A DNA stretch of 64,000 bases, taken from assembly GCA_038227175.1 (NCBI GenBank), contig JBBRPZ010000011.1:16182-80181 (forward strand). The letters are read 5' to 3'. The notes beneath the pieces are model-generated. The model saw only the letters and a program-made list of their open reading frames with translations, had not been told where the DNA came from and made no database searches. The translations under genes and the position numbers were made by a program. The stretch's first letter is position 1; the number at the start of each line of letters is the position of its first letter. Below are positions 24,821 to 33,923 of the stretch, piece by piece. The stretch comes from Pyrinomonadales bacterium. GTDB lineage: Bacteria; Acidobacteriota; Blastocatellia; Pyrinomonadales; Pyrinomonadaceae.

Positions 24821-27466
24821 TCAGTCTCCTACCGACACTACGTTGTCGACGTAGCTATCAAACGTCTCATCATGAGAGATCACAAAAAGCTGGTCAAAAT
24901 GCGTGATCCGGCTGATCTGCATCGCGAGGTTTTCGCGGCGCTCGGCGTCCATGTTAGTGGTCGGCTCGTCGAAGAATGCGATGCGAATGTCGGTCAACTG
25001 CTTAAGCAAAGCCAGTCTCACTGACAGAGCGGCCGCCATCTGTTCGCCGCCCGACAGGCTCGGAAAAGGCCGGTCGTATCCATCCTCTTCAAGCATTATG
25101 GCGTAATCCTCGCCCCATTTCAGCGTCTGTTCGCCGTTTCCGGTAATTTCGCGAAACATCTGGTTGGCCTCGAGCGAAACGTGATAGACATAATTGCGTG
25201 CGACGCGCGGTGCGGCCTCTTTGAGCGTGTCACGGATAAAGGCGGTTGTTTCGGCTACGATTTCGAGTCTTTCTTTCTCCTTGAATTCGACGGCGAGCGA
25301 CTTTCGAATGTCCGCAAACCGGGCGATCTCAGCGGCAAGCTGCTGCTCACGGCGTTTTGCAGCTTCAAATGTGGCCCGTACCTCGGCGTGTCGCCGTTCG
25401 GCCGCAAGAAGAGCGGCTCGCTCGGTGTTATGCAAATTGGCGTCGTAGTCAGTTCCTGTGGAAGCGAATTCCTTTTCCGCTGCCCCAGCCTTTTCAGTTA
25501 GTTCGGTAAGCGTTTTGGCCGCTGCCGCGACCTCCTGTTGACGCAGCTCAAAGGCTTTTCCTTCATTTTCGTTCGTCAGGAAAACCCGATGTGCCTCGGC
25601 GGTTGCGTCTCGCTCCGCCGAAAGCCGTGCCCATGTCGCATCCATTTCCTTAAATTCGTCAAGCTGCTCGACAAACAGCCGCCGCTCGCTTTCGAGGCGT
25701 TCGAGATTACTCTCAACTTTACTCAGCCATTCGCGAATTTCGGATTCCCGCAGTACATCCTTTTCGAGAAAGCGAATGCGGGCGGTTGGGTCATCGAGAG
25801 ATTTTAACCGCGCTGCCAATTCGGCGAGCTTGGTTTCATTTTCAGCCACATCGCCCAACTGCTTTTCAAGCGCGGCTTTCTTTTCGTTGAGGCTGCGACC
25901 TTCTTCCCTCAATTCGGCGTCGCGTTTGCGATAGCCGTCGAGAGCGGCAAGAATTTTTTCGCCTTCGCGGGCGGCAACCAGATCGACCGAGAGCGTCTGA
26001 CGCTGACCTTCGAGATTTGAGATCTGAGATTTGATATCCGCGAACTGGCTCGAAACAAAGCCCTCGAGCGTCTCGCCGGGTTTCAGATTGAGACACTTTT
26101 GCGAAAGGATTGGGCACAGGCCGTTCTTGATCTCGCTCTGGAATTTTTCATCGCGTTCGAGGCTGGCGCGAAGATTAGCGATGCTGCCGATCAATTCAGC
26201 ATCACTTTTTTCGAGTTCCAAACGTGCGGGAGCTGTCGCAGATTTGGTTTCCGCTTCGTCAAGAGCGGCCTTGTTGTCGCGGTACTTGTCCCGCATCCGT
26301 TCGAGCTGAGAGTCGATACTGACGATCCGCTCGCGGGCCATGCCGACCGATGCGATCTGGTCGCGAAGCGTCGCGATCTCTTTGTCGAGAGCTTGCTGCT
26401 CAGCGGCTTTTGGGCGAAGCTGCTCTATCTCGCCATGGGCTTTACTAACCGCCGCGAGTTCCTGATTGAGCCGTTTCTGATCGGCCTTGACGTTGACGAT
26501 TGCCGCATCGGTGCGGGCGAGCTCGGCGCGAAGACCGTCTCGAAGCCCACGTTCGCGTTCGAGTTCTTTTAACCGTCCGAGCGTGGCAACGTGGCGTTCG
26601 TGATCGGAGCGAACCGCCTCGACCTTACCCGCCGCGTCGGTTGCCCGTGCAAGCGCGCGTTCGGCTTGGCTCGCGACAAGCTCGGCTTTTTCTTTGTCGG
26701 CACGATGGCGTTCGAGGGCGGCCTTTAGTGTCGAAACCTGCCGCTGTTTATCGTCAAGATCTATTACGCGGGCCTGTTTTGCGTCGAGATCGGCGGTGAT
26801 CGTTTCGATCTCGATTCTGAGCGTGGCTGATTGAGCGTCAACGGTCTTGTGTTCCTCTTCAACTGTTTCGGAACGTGATAATTCACCTTCGGAACGGGCA
26901 ATGCCTTCGCGGACAGTTACGATCGATATGTCGAGAAATCGCGAGGTTTCACGCAGTTTTTCCGCCGCCTGCCGGTATTCCTCGACCTTGAGCAGGCGGT
27001 CGAAGGCGACCTTGCGTTCGGTTGCTCCCTCAAGAAAGATTGCCGTAAAAGTGCCTTGGGGGACGCCGATGGCCTGTTTGAAAAGCGATTTGAGATCGGT
27101 GCCCGGTTCGAGGCCGAGATGCTGCCAGAGAAAGCGGAAAACCTCTTCTTTTTTGTCGGCGATGCGCGTTTGTAGACGCGGATCGGTCACGTGATAGCCG
27201 GCACCGGAATCGCGATAAACGATGTATTCGCGTTCGTCGAGGCCGCTTTCGAACGTTACCCGCACCGAACCCTTTTTGGCCCCGCGACGGACAAAATCTT
27301 CTTTTTTATAATCGAGCAGATCAAAAAGCACCCACGCGATCGCCTCGATTATCGTCGTCTTTCCCGCGCCGTTCTCGCCTGTTATGGCGGTCGTCCCTCG
27401 GGCAAATTCGATAGTTGAAGCGGCGTGAGATTTGATATTCTCAAGCTCGACCTTAGAGATGTGCAT
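24821..27466 (-). CDS. Rad50/SbcC-like SMC-family ATPase (881 aa)
   Basis: Walker A GENGAGKTT, Q-loop GVPQGTF, about 550 aa of coiled coil, and a central CPILSQKC. The C-terminal head has LSGGEQMAAALSVRLAL, Walker B IAFFDEPT and VISHD. Confidence 0.85.
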   Translation of the reverse strand: MHISKVELENIKSHAASTIEFARGTTAITGENGAGKTTIIEAIAWVLFDLLDYKKEDFVRRGAKKGSVRVTFESGLDEREYIVYRDSGAGYHVTDPRLQTRIADKKEEVFRFLWQHLGLEPGTDLKSLFKQAIGVPQGTFTAIFLEGATERKVAFDRLLKVEEYRQAAEKLRETSRFLDISIVTVREGIARSEGELSRSETVEEEHKTVDAQSATLRIEIETITADLDAKQARVIDLDDKQRQVSTLKAALERHRADKEKAELVASQAERALARATDAAGKVEAVRSDHERHVATLGRLKELERERGLRDGLRAELARTDAAIVNVKADQKRLNQELAAVSKAHGEIEQLRPKAAEQQALDKEIATLRDQIASVGMARERIVSIDSQLERMRDKYRDNKAALDEAETKSATAPARLELEKSDAELIGSIANLRASLERDEKFQSEIKNGLCPILSQKCLNLKPGETLEGFVSSQFADIKSQISNLEGQRQTLSVDLVAAREGEKILAALDGYRKRDAELREEGRSLNEKKAALEKQLGDVAENETKLAELAARLKSLDDPTARIRFLEKDVLRESEIREWLSKVESNLERLESERRLFVEQLDEFKEMDATWARLSAERDATAEAHRVFLTNENEGKAFELRQQEVAAAAKTLTELTEKAGAAEKEFASTGTDYDANLHNTERAALLAAERRHAEVRATFEAAKRREQQLAAEIARFADIRKSLAVEFKEKERLEIVAETTAFIRDTLKEAAPRVARNYVYHVSLEANQMFREITGNGEQTLKWGEDYAIMLEEDGYDRPFPSLSGGEQMAAALSVRLALLKQLTDIRIAFFDEPTTNMDAERRENLAMQISRITHFDQLFVISHDETFDSYVDNVVSVGD

Positions 27467-27486
27467 CGCGATTTCAAGTATAAATT

Positions 27487-27584
27487 GTCAGAACCGCCTA
27501 CGGTAGTGGGCGGTTGAAGATATTTGTCCACGGCGAACTTCGATAGGCCAAGTTAAACCACCCGCTACCGCAGGTGGTTCTGAC
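27487..27584. repeat. 98-bp GTCAGAAC-family double-hairpin element (MITE/BIME-like)
   Basis: The left arm gtcagaaccgcctacggtagtgggcggtt and right arm aaccacccgctaccgcaggtggttctgac are imperfect reverse complements. Each arm is itself a 7-bp-stem hairpin, and the spacer is 40 nt. Confidence 0.85.
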
Positions 27585-27602
27585 TTGGTGTACAATTGTG
27601 CT

Positions 27603-27896
27603 ATGAAGATCGAACCCGGTGAAACCGTTATCGCCATCCTGCACAGCCCGCGTGAAAAGCTGCTCGGAACTCTCGAAGACATTAGCCCCGCCGGTATCGG
27701 CATCCGTGCGATCGAGCTTGGGTATTTCGACGATTGGTGCCAGTCGATCGCGGCCGGAGAGCCGCATTTGCAGATGACGGATTATTTTTTCCCGATGTGG
27801 CGGGTCGAGCGGATCAGCCGGGATGATACTGGCGATATTCCGTCGATGGCGGAACAGTTTGAAACGCGAACGGGCCAACGGCTCGCGAATCAGTAA
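27603..27896 (+). CDS. Hypothetical protein (weak PilZ-like D.S..G motif)
   Basis: ORF with ATG 27603 just past the repeat element. LEDISPAGIGIR resembles the PilZ DxSxxG motif, but no RxxxR is seen. Confidence 0.45.
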   Translation: MKIEPGETVIAILHSPREKLLGTLEDISPAGIGIRAIELGYFDDWCQSIAAGEPHLQMTDYFFPMWRVERISRDDTGDIPSMAEQFETRTGQRLANQ

Positions 27897-27897
27897 T

Positions 27898-28965
27898 CTA
27901 TTTCTTTTTGATCATGATGCTGCCGCTATTAGAGGTGAGTTTTACGTTGGCCCCGCCCTTTCCGATCAGGCCGACCTGCCGTTTGACAGGGCCGGTTGAG
28001 ACATCCTCGGTCTGGACTTTCATAGGGAGTTCGGAACTAAAAGTCCCGGAGCCGTACAAAGCGACGACCTGAAACGATGAATCTGCGGGAACCGACATCT
28101 TGATCGATCCCTTGGTCGTGCCAAGAGCGTAGGTGCCGCCGCTCAATATCTCGCCCTTGAATAACACCGATCCGGAGATCGAATTGACGTCTATCTGACG
28201 ATACCTGAGACTGTCCAGCGAGAGCGTTCCGCTGTTTGTTTTAGCCCGGAAAATGTCACCGATCTGGCTCGGCCCTGCATCAAAAACGACTATATTACCA
28301 CCGGAAGTATCGAGCATCATCGAGCCGCCGGACTCGTCAACCGTGATGTCACCCTGATAGGTCGACGCCGTTACGCCTTCGGCAATATTTCTGAGCGAAA
28401 TGTCACCGCCGATCATCTTCACCGAGGCTTTTTTTACGCCATCGACGGTTGTCGTTGCCTCCTGACCTTGTAGGGTTATCGTCGAATTAACAGGTGCGTC
28501 GATCTCGATCTCGTCACCCCAGAGACATTCGGATTGCGCTCCATATCGGGATTTGGCGGGCTCGGCACTGGCTATCTTTATCCACCCCGGTGCTTCGCTG
28601 TGCATGCTTTTTTCCAGCACCTGAAACGCGAATTTCGCTCCATCCTTAACAAAAACACGCACTTCGCCACGGCTCCAACCGTTTATTTTCAGGGTACCCT
28701 GCGTGACGCAGAGCGAGACGGTGACGTTTTTGTCGACAGTGATGGTTCTCTCGTTCGATCTGCCGCCGGACGGTGCCGGAGGCTCGGGAGCGTGGGGGTG
28801 AGCAACCGGAAGCCTCTTTGCGTCAGGCTTTGCAGGCTGCGAATAGGAAATCAGCGGAAAAGCGGCGAGCAGGGACACCACTAGCGTTCTGTAGCAAAAG
28901 TTTAAAGAACTTTTAGCCACGAATGACACAAATAGCACTAATAATTTTCTTCTTATTTGTGGCAT
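27898..28965 (-). CDS. DUF4097-type beta-strand repeat protein (putative adhesin-like)
   Basis: Repeated GDI.V / GGNIVV / SGS..F.G strands. It lies downstream of the ECF sigma and anti-sigma genes. An alternative GTG start at 28920 exists, because the first 15 codons lie in a hairpin element. Confidence 0.7.
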   Translation of the reverse strand: MPQIRRKLLVLFVSFVAKSSLNFCYRTLVVSLLAAFPLISYSQPAKPDAKRLPVAHPHAPEPPAPSGGRSNERTITVDKNVTVSLCVTQGTLKINGWSRGEVRVFVKDGAKFAFQVLEKSMHSEAPGWIKIASAEPAKSRYGAQSECLWGDEIEIDAPVNSTITLQGQEATTTVDGVKKASVKMIGGDISLRNIAEGVTASTYQGDITVDESGGSMMLDTSGGNIVVFDAGPSQIGDIFRAKTNSGTLSLDSLRYRQIDVNSISGSVLFKGEILSGGTYALGTTKGSIKMSVPADSSFQVVALYGSGTFSSELPMKVQTEDVSTGPVKRQVGLIGKGGANVKLTSNSGSIMIKKK

Positions 28966-28986
28966 TCGTGTAATTCGTGGCTAAAA
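28911..28986. repeat. Word-array hairpin element (cacgaat words)
   Basis: ttttagccacgaatgacacaaata ... tatttgtggcattcgtgtaattcgtggctaaaa. Confidence 0.85.
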
Positions 28987-29058
28987 TTCCTTTCTTGAAA
29001 ACCCAGGTTACGTAGTTGTTTGTGCGATAAAATATTCATCAAATTCGGGTCACGGGAG

Positions 29059-29910
29059 CTATTTCATGCTCACCATCAACTCCTCTTTCTGCGAAACCGA
29101 ATTCAAAAGATCGATCTTGTTCTGATAAGACGAATACAGTACCTGTTTGGCCGATTCGTTCTTCGGGTTCTTTTTAACCGCCATTTTCATTTTCGTGATC
29201 GCGTCGTTAACCACGGCCATGTCGCGTTCGTACGAAATGCGTTCCGACGGTCGCAAAACGTTTTCCTTTTGCTCATCGACGGATTTCGAAAGGCTTGAGA
29301 TCGTTTTGACGTAGCTTTCTTCGCCCGGCAGGTAACCATCGGAGGTCATATTTGCGAGGGCTGAAGTTCGGTAAACGGCCGGAACTGTTTTCGCGCGATT
29401 ATCCGGACGATAAGCGGCTTGCTCAACCTTCACCGGAGCCACGGGACTTTGATCGGCAACGACATTTGTTACGGTTGATGCCGAGATCGCGGCCGACACT
29501 TTCACCGGGCTTGCATTACCCGCGACCGTGTCATTTACAGTCGTCCGGTTAATCAAAACCACGGCGACAACACCAGCAATGATCAAAACACTCGCGGCAA
29601 CCGCGATCGACGGATTAATCAGCGCCACTGTCAAAAACGCCCACGCTTTTTGCCAAAAACGCATACTATCGCGTTCAACGGCGATCGAATCGTTGATCTT
29701 ATTCCACAGACGCTGCGTCGGGACGAGGCTGTTAAATTCGCGTTCGAGGGCAGGGAAAACAATCGCCGATTCGTCCTCGGCCTCGGCCAGCATGACGGCA
29801 CAGGCATCGCACGCGGCGATGTGGCACGAAACCCGCGACACTTCATCGTGGGCGAGCTCGCCATCCAAAAAGGCCTGTATTGTGCCTATATCAAAACAAT
29901 CTGCGTTCAT
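29059..29910 (-). CDS. Anti-sigma factor (zf-HC2 type, single-pass membrane)
   Basis: N-terminal H..(3)C..C motif (CHIAACDAC), a central TM segment (FLTVALINPSIAVAASVLIIAGVVAVVLI), and ATGA overlap with the sigma factor stop. Confidence 0.75.
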   Translation of the reverse strand: MNADCFDIGTIQAFLDGELAHDEVSRVSCHIAACDACAVMLAEAEDESAIVFPALEREFNSLVPTQRLWNKINDSIAVERDSMRFWQKAWAFLTVALINPSIAVAASVLIIAGVVAVVLINRTTVNDTVAGNASPVKVSAAISASTVTNVVADQSPVAPVKVEQAAYRPDNRAKTVPAVYRTSALANMTSDGYLPGEESYVKTISSLSKSVDEQKENVLRPSERISYERDMAVVNDAITKMKMAVKKNPKNESAKQVLYSSYQNKIDLLNSVSQKEELMVSMK

Positions 29911-30482
29911 ATCGTTCCCTTACCCACCTTGCCATAAAACCTCGCAAATTCTGTCCTCGCACGAGCGACAAACGTGCCGATGCTCGATTCATTCAACTCC
30001 AGGCTGCTCGCGATCTCTTTGTACGAAAGGCCTTGCTGTTTAAGTATCAAGCAGCTTCGGAGCGGCTCTTTGACCTTGCTGAGTGCCCGATGTATCTCGT
30101 TAATCCCTGTATATTCTTCATAATCCATCTCGACCGATTGGGCCGACGTTATCCCTGTATCTTTGACGTAGTTCTCGTCCCGCGTGTTTGCCCGAATCGC
30201 ACCGCGAACGGCATTCCTTGCAACATTTATCGCCACGCGAATAAGCCACGGCCGGAGCATTTCTTCCGTCGTGATCGAATCGAGATTTTTGTAGAGCCGA
30301 ATAAAAGTTTCCTGCACGACATCTTCGGCAAGCGCGGCATCGTTCACCACCGACCGGGCGGCACGAAACACGGTCCGGTGATGAAGCGTAAACGCCTCCT
30401 CGAACTCGATCTTACCTGTCGCTGCCGCCGCCGCTGTATGCTCGGACATTATGTCCACAAATATGTCGGTACTCTCGTTCAT
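29907..30482 (-). CDS. ECF-family RNA polymerase sigma-70 factor
   Basis: Region 2 (AEDVVQETFIRLY, RPWLIRVAIN) and region 4 (LSYKEIASSL). The start is uncertain: ATG 30491, 30482 and 30449 are all in frame, and the ORF-track start at 30530 is a GTG. Confidence 0.8.
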   Translation of the reverse strand: MNESTDIFVDIMSEHTAAAAATGKIEFEEAFTLHHRTVFRAARSVVNDAALAEDVVQETFIRLYKNLDSITTEEMLRPWLIRVAINVARNAVRGAIRANTRDENYVKDTGITSAQSVEMDYEEYTGINEIHRALSKVKEPLRSCLILKQQGLSYKEIASSLELNESSIGTFVARARTEFARFYGKVGKGTI

Positions 30483-30551
30483 GTTCAGCATCAAAAAATG
30501 CTCATCTGTGACAAACACACCGCGAAGCACAGAATTATGACAAGAATATCC

Positions 30552-31982
30552 TTAAAACCTAATAATTTTCAATCGTTGAAGGACATCGGATGACAGGTCG
30601 ACCGTGCCGTTTGCGGTCACGAGAAACCGATAGCTGTCGTCCGATTCATTGAGAATACGTTTAAGGTTGGATTCAAGTTCTGTTGAATGGGTTGCGGCAG
30701 CGAGCCCCGGTTCGGTCAATGCCACGCGGCGGAAGGATTCGTGGAGATGTGTGCGGCCGACGCCGAATTCGCCGGCGTCCGCGTCGATGATGAGTTGAGT
30801 CTCGGCATTTTCCTCGGCAAAATGGGCGAGGATCGATGCGGCGAGAGTGGCTCCGGTTTCGAATTTTTCGGAGGCTACGACCGGCATGCCGCTTTGCTCG
30901 GCAGCGATCTTTTCGCGGAGTGATGCGGTTTTGTCGTTCGGGATCATGGTGTCGAAAATGATAGTCACGCGTTTTGCGTCTTCGTTGGCGTATTCGCGGA
31001 CGGTCAATTGCATCGAACGGGCGGTCGCTTTCCAGTCGATACGGCGAAGATCGTCGTGGGGTTGGTATTCGCGCAGGGCGAGCAGGTCAAGGCCGACGCC
31101 GCGTTTGCCGGAGGCGTGGTTTCCGGCGTCGAGCGGAGAATTTTCGATGGCAGCGTCGATAGATCCGAGCTTGGGGAATACGATCAGCTCCGCCGCACGC
31201 GCAGGCAAACGCCGCCGGTGGCGGAAAAACCCGAATGGGAATTTTGTCGACAGCTCAAAATCCTTGATCAAAAGCCGTCCGCGATTCGGAAAAATATGCT
31301 CGGTCTTGGCCTCGGCGCTTGAATTGCGGCCAATGTGGACAAAATGATTAAGCGTTCGCCTGACGACGGGAGCCGGAGTCAGACGGCTGGCGATCCAACG
31401 CGGCAAAATTGCGTCCATGTCGGCTGCCGCGATCGACCTTTCTCGTTCACGCCCGCGAACCTCGACGACCACGGAAAACGACGGAAATATCCGCTTTCGA
31501 TTGGTCAGACTTACCAACATTGGCGTCGGCTCGCCGGCAAAGATCGTGTCGGGAAAACGCATTCTGATGTCGAGCTTTTTCAGGCAAATGCTGCCCGCAA
31601 AAAAACCGACGACGATCGCCGCCAGCAGAAACGATAGGACGATGAAAAGTAGATTATTCCCCGTATTCCACGCCGAAAAACCAACAATCACCACCAAAAC
31701 CAGCATGATCGCCCCGCCGGTCGTAAATTCGAACGGCAGATTCATCTGCGACGCCTCGCGGCCCGCGTTTCGAGCGAGCGGCGGCACCACAAAGATCAAT
31801 ATCAGTAGTGCAAAAACCAATGAAGCCCCGGCCGAGATCACGGCGAGACGTTCATTTTCGACTTGATGAGCGTAGATCGTAAGAATCGACAGGCCGAGCC
31901 CCCCAACGACAACGAGCACACCAAGCCCGGCGTTTCGCAGATCGCGGAGACTGAAGAGTTCGGTAATGGCTTTGAGATTCAT
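30552..31982 (-). CDS. DUF58 domain protein with N-terminal membrane segments
   Basis: REYQPHDDLRRIDWKATAR DUF58 signature, located directly downstream of moxR. Confidence 0.8.
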   Translation of the reverse strand: MNLKAITELFSLRDLRNAGLGVLVVVGGLGLSILTIYAHQVENERLAVISAGASLVFALLILIFVVPPLARNAGREASQMNLPFEFTTGGAIMLVLVVIVGFSAWNTGNNLLFIVLSFLLAAIVVGFFAGSICLKKLDIRMRFPDTIFAGEPTPMLVSLTNRKRIFPSFSVVVEVRGRERERSIAAADMDAILPRWIASRLTPAPVVRRTLNHFVHIGRNSSAEAKTEHIFPNRGRLLIKDFELSTKFPFGFFRHRRRLPARAAELIVFPKLGSIDAAIENSPLDAGNHASGKRGVGLDLLALREYQPHDDLRRIDWKATARSMQLTVREYANEDAKRVTIIFDTMIPNDKTASLREKIAAEQSGMPVVASEKFETGATLAASILAHFAEENAETQLIIDADAGEFGVGRTHLHESFRRVALTEPGLAAATHSTELESNLKRILNESDDSYRFLVTANGTVDLSSDVLQRLKIIRF

Positions 31983-31992
31983 TTAAGAATTT

Positions 31993-32079
31993 TTGCCCGC
32001 GAATAACGCGAATCATTGCGAATAGAACGCTTTGAATAGATTTCTCCTATTCGCGTTCATTAGCGTTATTCGCGGGCAA
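31993..32079. repeat. Word-array hairpin element filling the moxR-DUF58 spacer
   Basis: ttgcccgcgaataacgcgaatcattgcgaatag ... ctattcgcgttcattagcgttattcgcgggcaa. These are the same words as the inner arms at 14832-14932. Confidence 0.9.
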
Positions 32080-33078
32080 TCAAATCGGCACACTGACCTT
32101 TTGCAAAATATCCTGCAATATCTGCTCGGCCTCGCGGGTGCGTTGGCGGAGAACTCCCGCCCGCGAATTTACGATGAGGCGATGGGCGAAGCACGGGACG
32201 ACGAGGCGTTTGATGTCGTCGGCGATGCAGTAATCGCGCCCTTCGATAAAAGCCAAGGCTTGCGCGGAACGGAAAAGAGCGAGTGTGCCACGCGGGCTGA
32301 TGCCCAGCTCGACGGTTTCGGATTTGCGTGTCAGGTCGACGATTTGGAGCAGGTAATCGAGCAGAGCGTCGTCAAACCGGACATCGGCCACACGGCGCTG
32401 CATCTCAAGCACTTCCGATTGCGACATGACCGGCTTAACAAACCGCAGCGGATCGCTGTTTTCGCGGTCGCGTAAAATATTTCGCTCGTCGTCGAGCGTC
32501 GGATAGCCGATGTGCAGCCGCAGCATAAAACGGTCGAGCTGCGATTCGGGCAGCGGATATGTGCCGTGATGCTCGGACGGATTTTGCGTCGCGACGACGA
32601 TAAAGGGTAGCGGCAGACGCCGCGTGACGCCCTCGACCGTGACCTGTTCCTCGGCCATCGCTTCGAGCAGGGCGGATTGCGTTTTTGGGGTTGCCCGGTT
32701 TATCTCGTCCGCCAGGACGATATTCGAAAAGATCGGCCCGGCTTTCCACTCGAAATCGCCGCTTTTTTGGTTAAAGATCGACAGCCCCAGCATGTCGGAG
32801 GGCAGTAGATCGGACGTGAACTGGATCCGTTGAAACGACAGCTCAAGCGCGCGGGCCAGAGCGTTTGCAAGCGTCGTTTTGCCGATGCCCGGCACGTCCT
32901 CGATCAACAAATGTCCCTTTGCCAGCAATGCGATCAGTGCAAATTTGACCGTCTCGGATTTGCCCCTGATAACGGTCTCGATCGCCGCCTGCAGCTTGGC
33001 GATCTTGCCCGCCGCGTCAAAATTCACCGCGATGTTTTCGCCGGTTTCTCGTGTCTCGCTGATTATCCAATCTCTCAT
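32080..33078 (-). CDS. MoxR-family AAA+ ATPase
   Basis: HLLIEDVPGIGKT Walker A, VLADEINRA Walker B, and VVATQNP. Confidence 0.9.
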   Translation of the reverse strand: MRDWIISETRETGENIAVNFDAAGKIAKLQAAIETVIRGKSETVKFALIALLAKGHLLIEDVPGIGKTTLANALARALELSFQRIQFTSDLLPSDMLGLSIFNQKSGDFEWKAGPIFSNIVLADEINRATPKTQSALLEAMAEEQVTVEGVTRRLPLPFIVVATQNPSEHHGTYPLPESQLDRFMLRLHIGYPTLDDERNILRDRENSDPLRFVKPVMSQSEVLEMQRRVADVRFDDALLDYLLQIVDLTRKSETVELGISPRGTLALFRSAQALAFIEGRDYCIADDIKRLVVPCFAHRLIVNSRAGVLRQRTREAEQILQDILQKVSVPI

Positions 33079-33346
33079 TTATCGGTTGGCCGCCGCCGTT
33101 CTCAATTATATATTCTACCTGATTGGAAACAGCCGCTGCATCAAAAAGTTGCTTTATTTCGGTCTCGGCGTCACCTCTGCATTCCCTGCGTTTAATGGGT
33201 TTTTAACGCAGAGAACGCGGAGAAGTTATGCGGACGTTACAGAGATGTTCTGCGAATAATTGAAATTCGGGCCAAAACAATCTAAACTTTTGAAACTTAG
33301 GGCGTATGTTTTCGTGAGAAACACGAGAGGGAACCACAGTATTTTT

Positions 33347-33826
33347 ATGAACAATCTTAAACTCAGGCTCAAGGACCAGCGCGGATTTAACCTTATCGAA
33401 TTGATGATCGTGATCGCGATCATCGGGCTTCTGATCGGCGTTGGCACGGTCGCTTGGACCGCCGTCATCCGCTCGGGCAACGAAACCGCCGCCGCCCAAT
33501 CTATAGACAACGTCCGCAAATTTCAGGCTCAATACGCGTCGCGTGCGCGTGGAAATTTTGCAAGCTTTGACGAATTGATCGCCAAAGTGAGCATGGACGA
33601 AAAGTTTAAGGGGGAGGGACCGGTTGTTAACGGTTATATTTTTAGGCTGACCGTCGAACCGTCGTCCGCCGCTAAACCCTCATTTTATTCGGTAACCGCT
33701 GACCCGCAGGTCGCCGAGGGCTTGACCTCGACCGGAACGCGACATTTTTACACCGATTCATCGCTTAGCACGATCAAGGGAACCGACGAAAACCGCCCGG
33801 CCAAAGCCGACGATCCGTCTATTTAG
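33347..33826 (+). CDS. Type IV pilin-like protein (prepilin N-terminal methylation domain)
   Basis: QRGFNLIELMIVIAIIGLL matches the G/F cleavage site with E+5. ATG 33347 is preferred over 33260. Confidence 0.75.
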   Translation: MNNLKLRLKDQRGFNLIELMIVIAIIGLLIGVGTVAWTAVIRSGNETAAAQSIDNVRKFQAQYASRARGNFASFDELIAKVSMDEKFKGEGPVVNGYIFRLTVEPSSAAKPSFYSVTADPQVAEGLTSTGTRHFYTDSSLSTIKGTDENRPAKADDPSI

Positions 33827-33916
33827 TGAATAGTTAAGAGTGAAAAGTGAATAATGGCGGATTTACGTAATCGCATCCTAATTTTCACTATTCACTGTTA
33901 GTTATTAACTTTTAAC
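33826..33916. repeat. Word-array hairpin element (gtgaata/gtgaaaa words)
   Basis: gtgaatagttaagagtgaaaagtgaataatg ... attttcactattcactgttagttattaactttta. Confidence 0.75.
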
Positions 33917-33923
33917 TAACCTC

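Noticed and set aside
24821-27466. Assignment of the 881-aa ATPase to condensin (Smc/MukB), Wadjet (JetC) or Lamassu (LmuB)
   Set aside because: No kleisin/ScpAB, JetABD or LmuA/LmuC-type partner genes are adjacent. The head motifs and size fit Rad50/SbcC-like proteins better. It is kept as 'Rad50/SbcC-like' without a system name.
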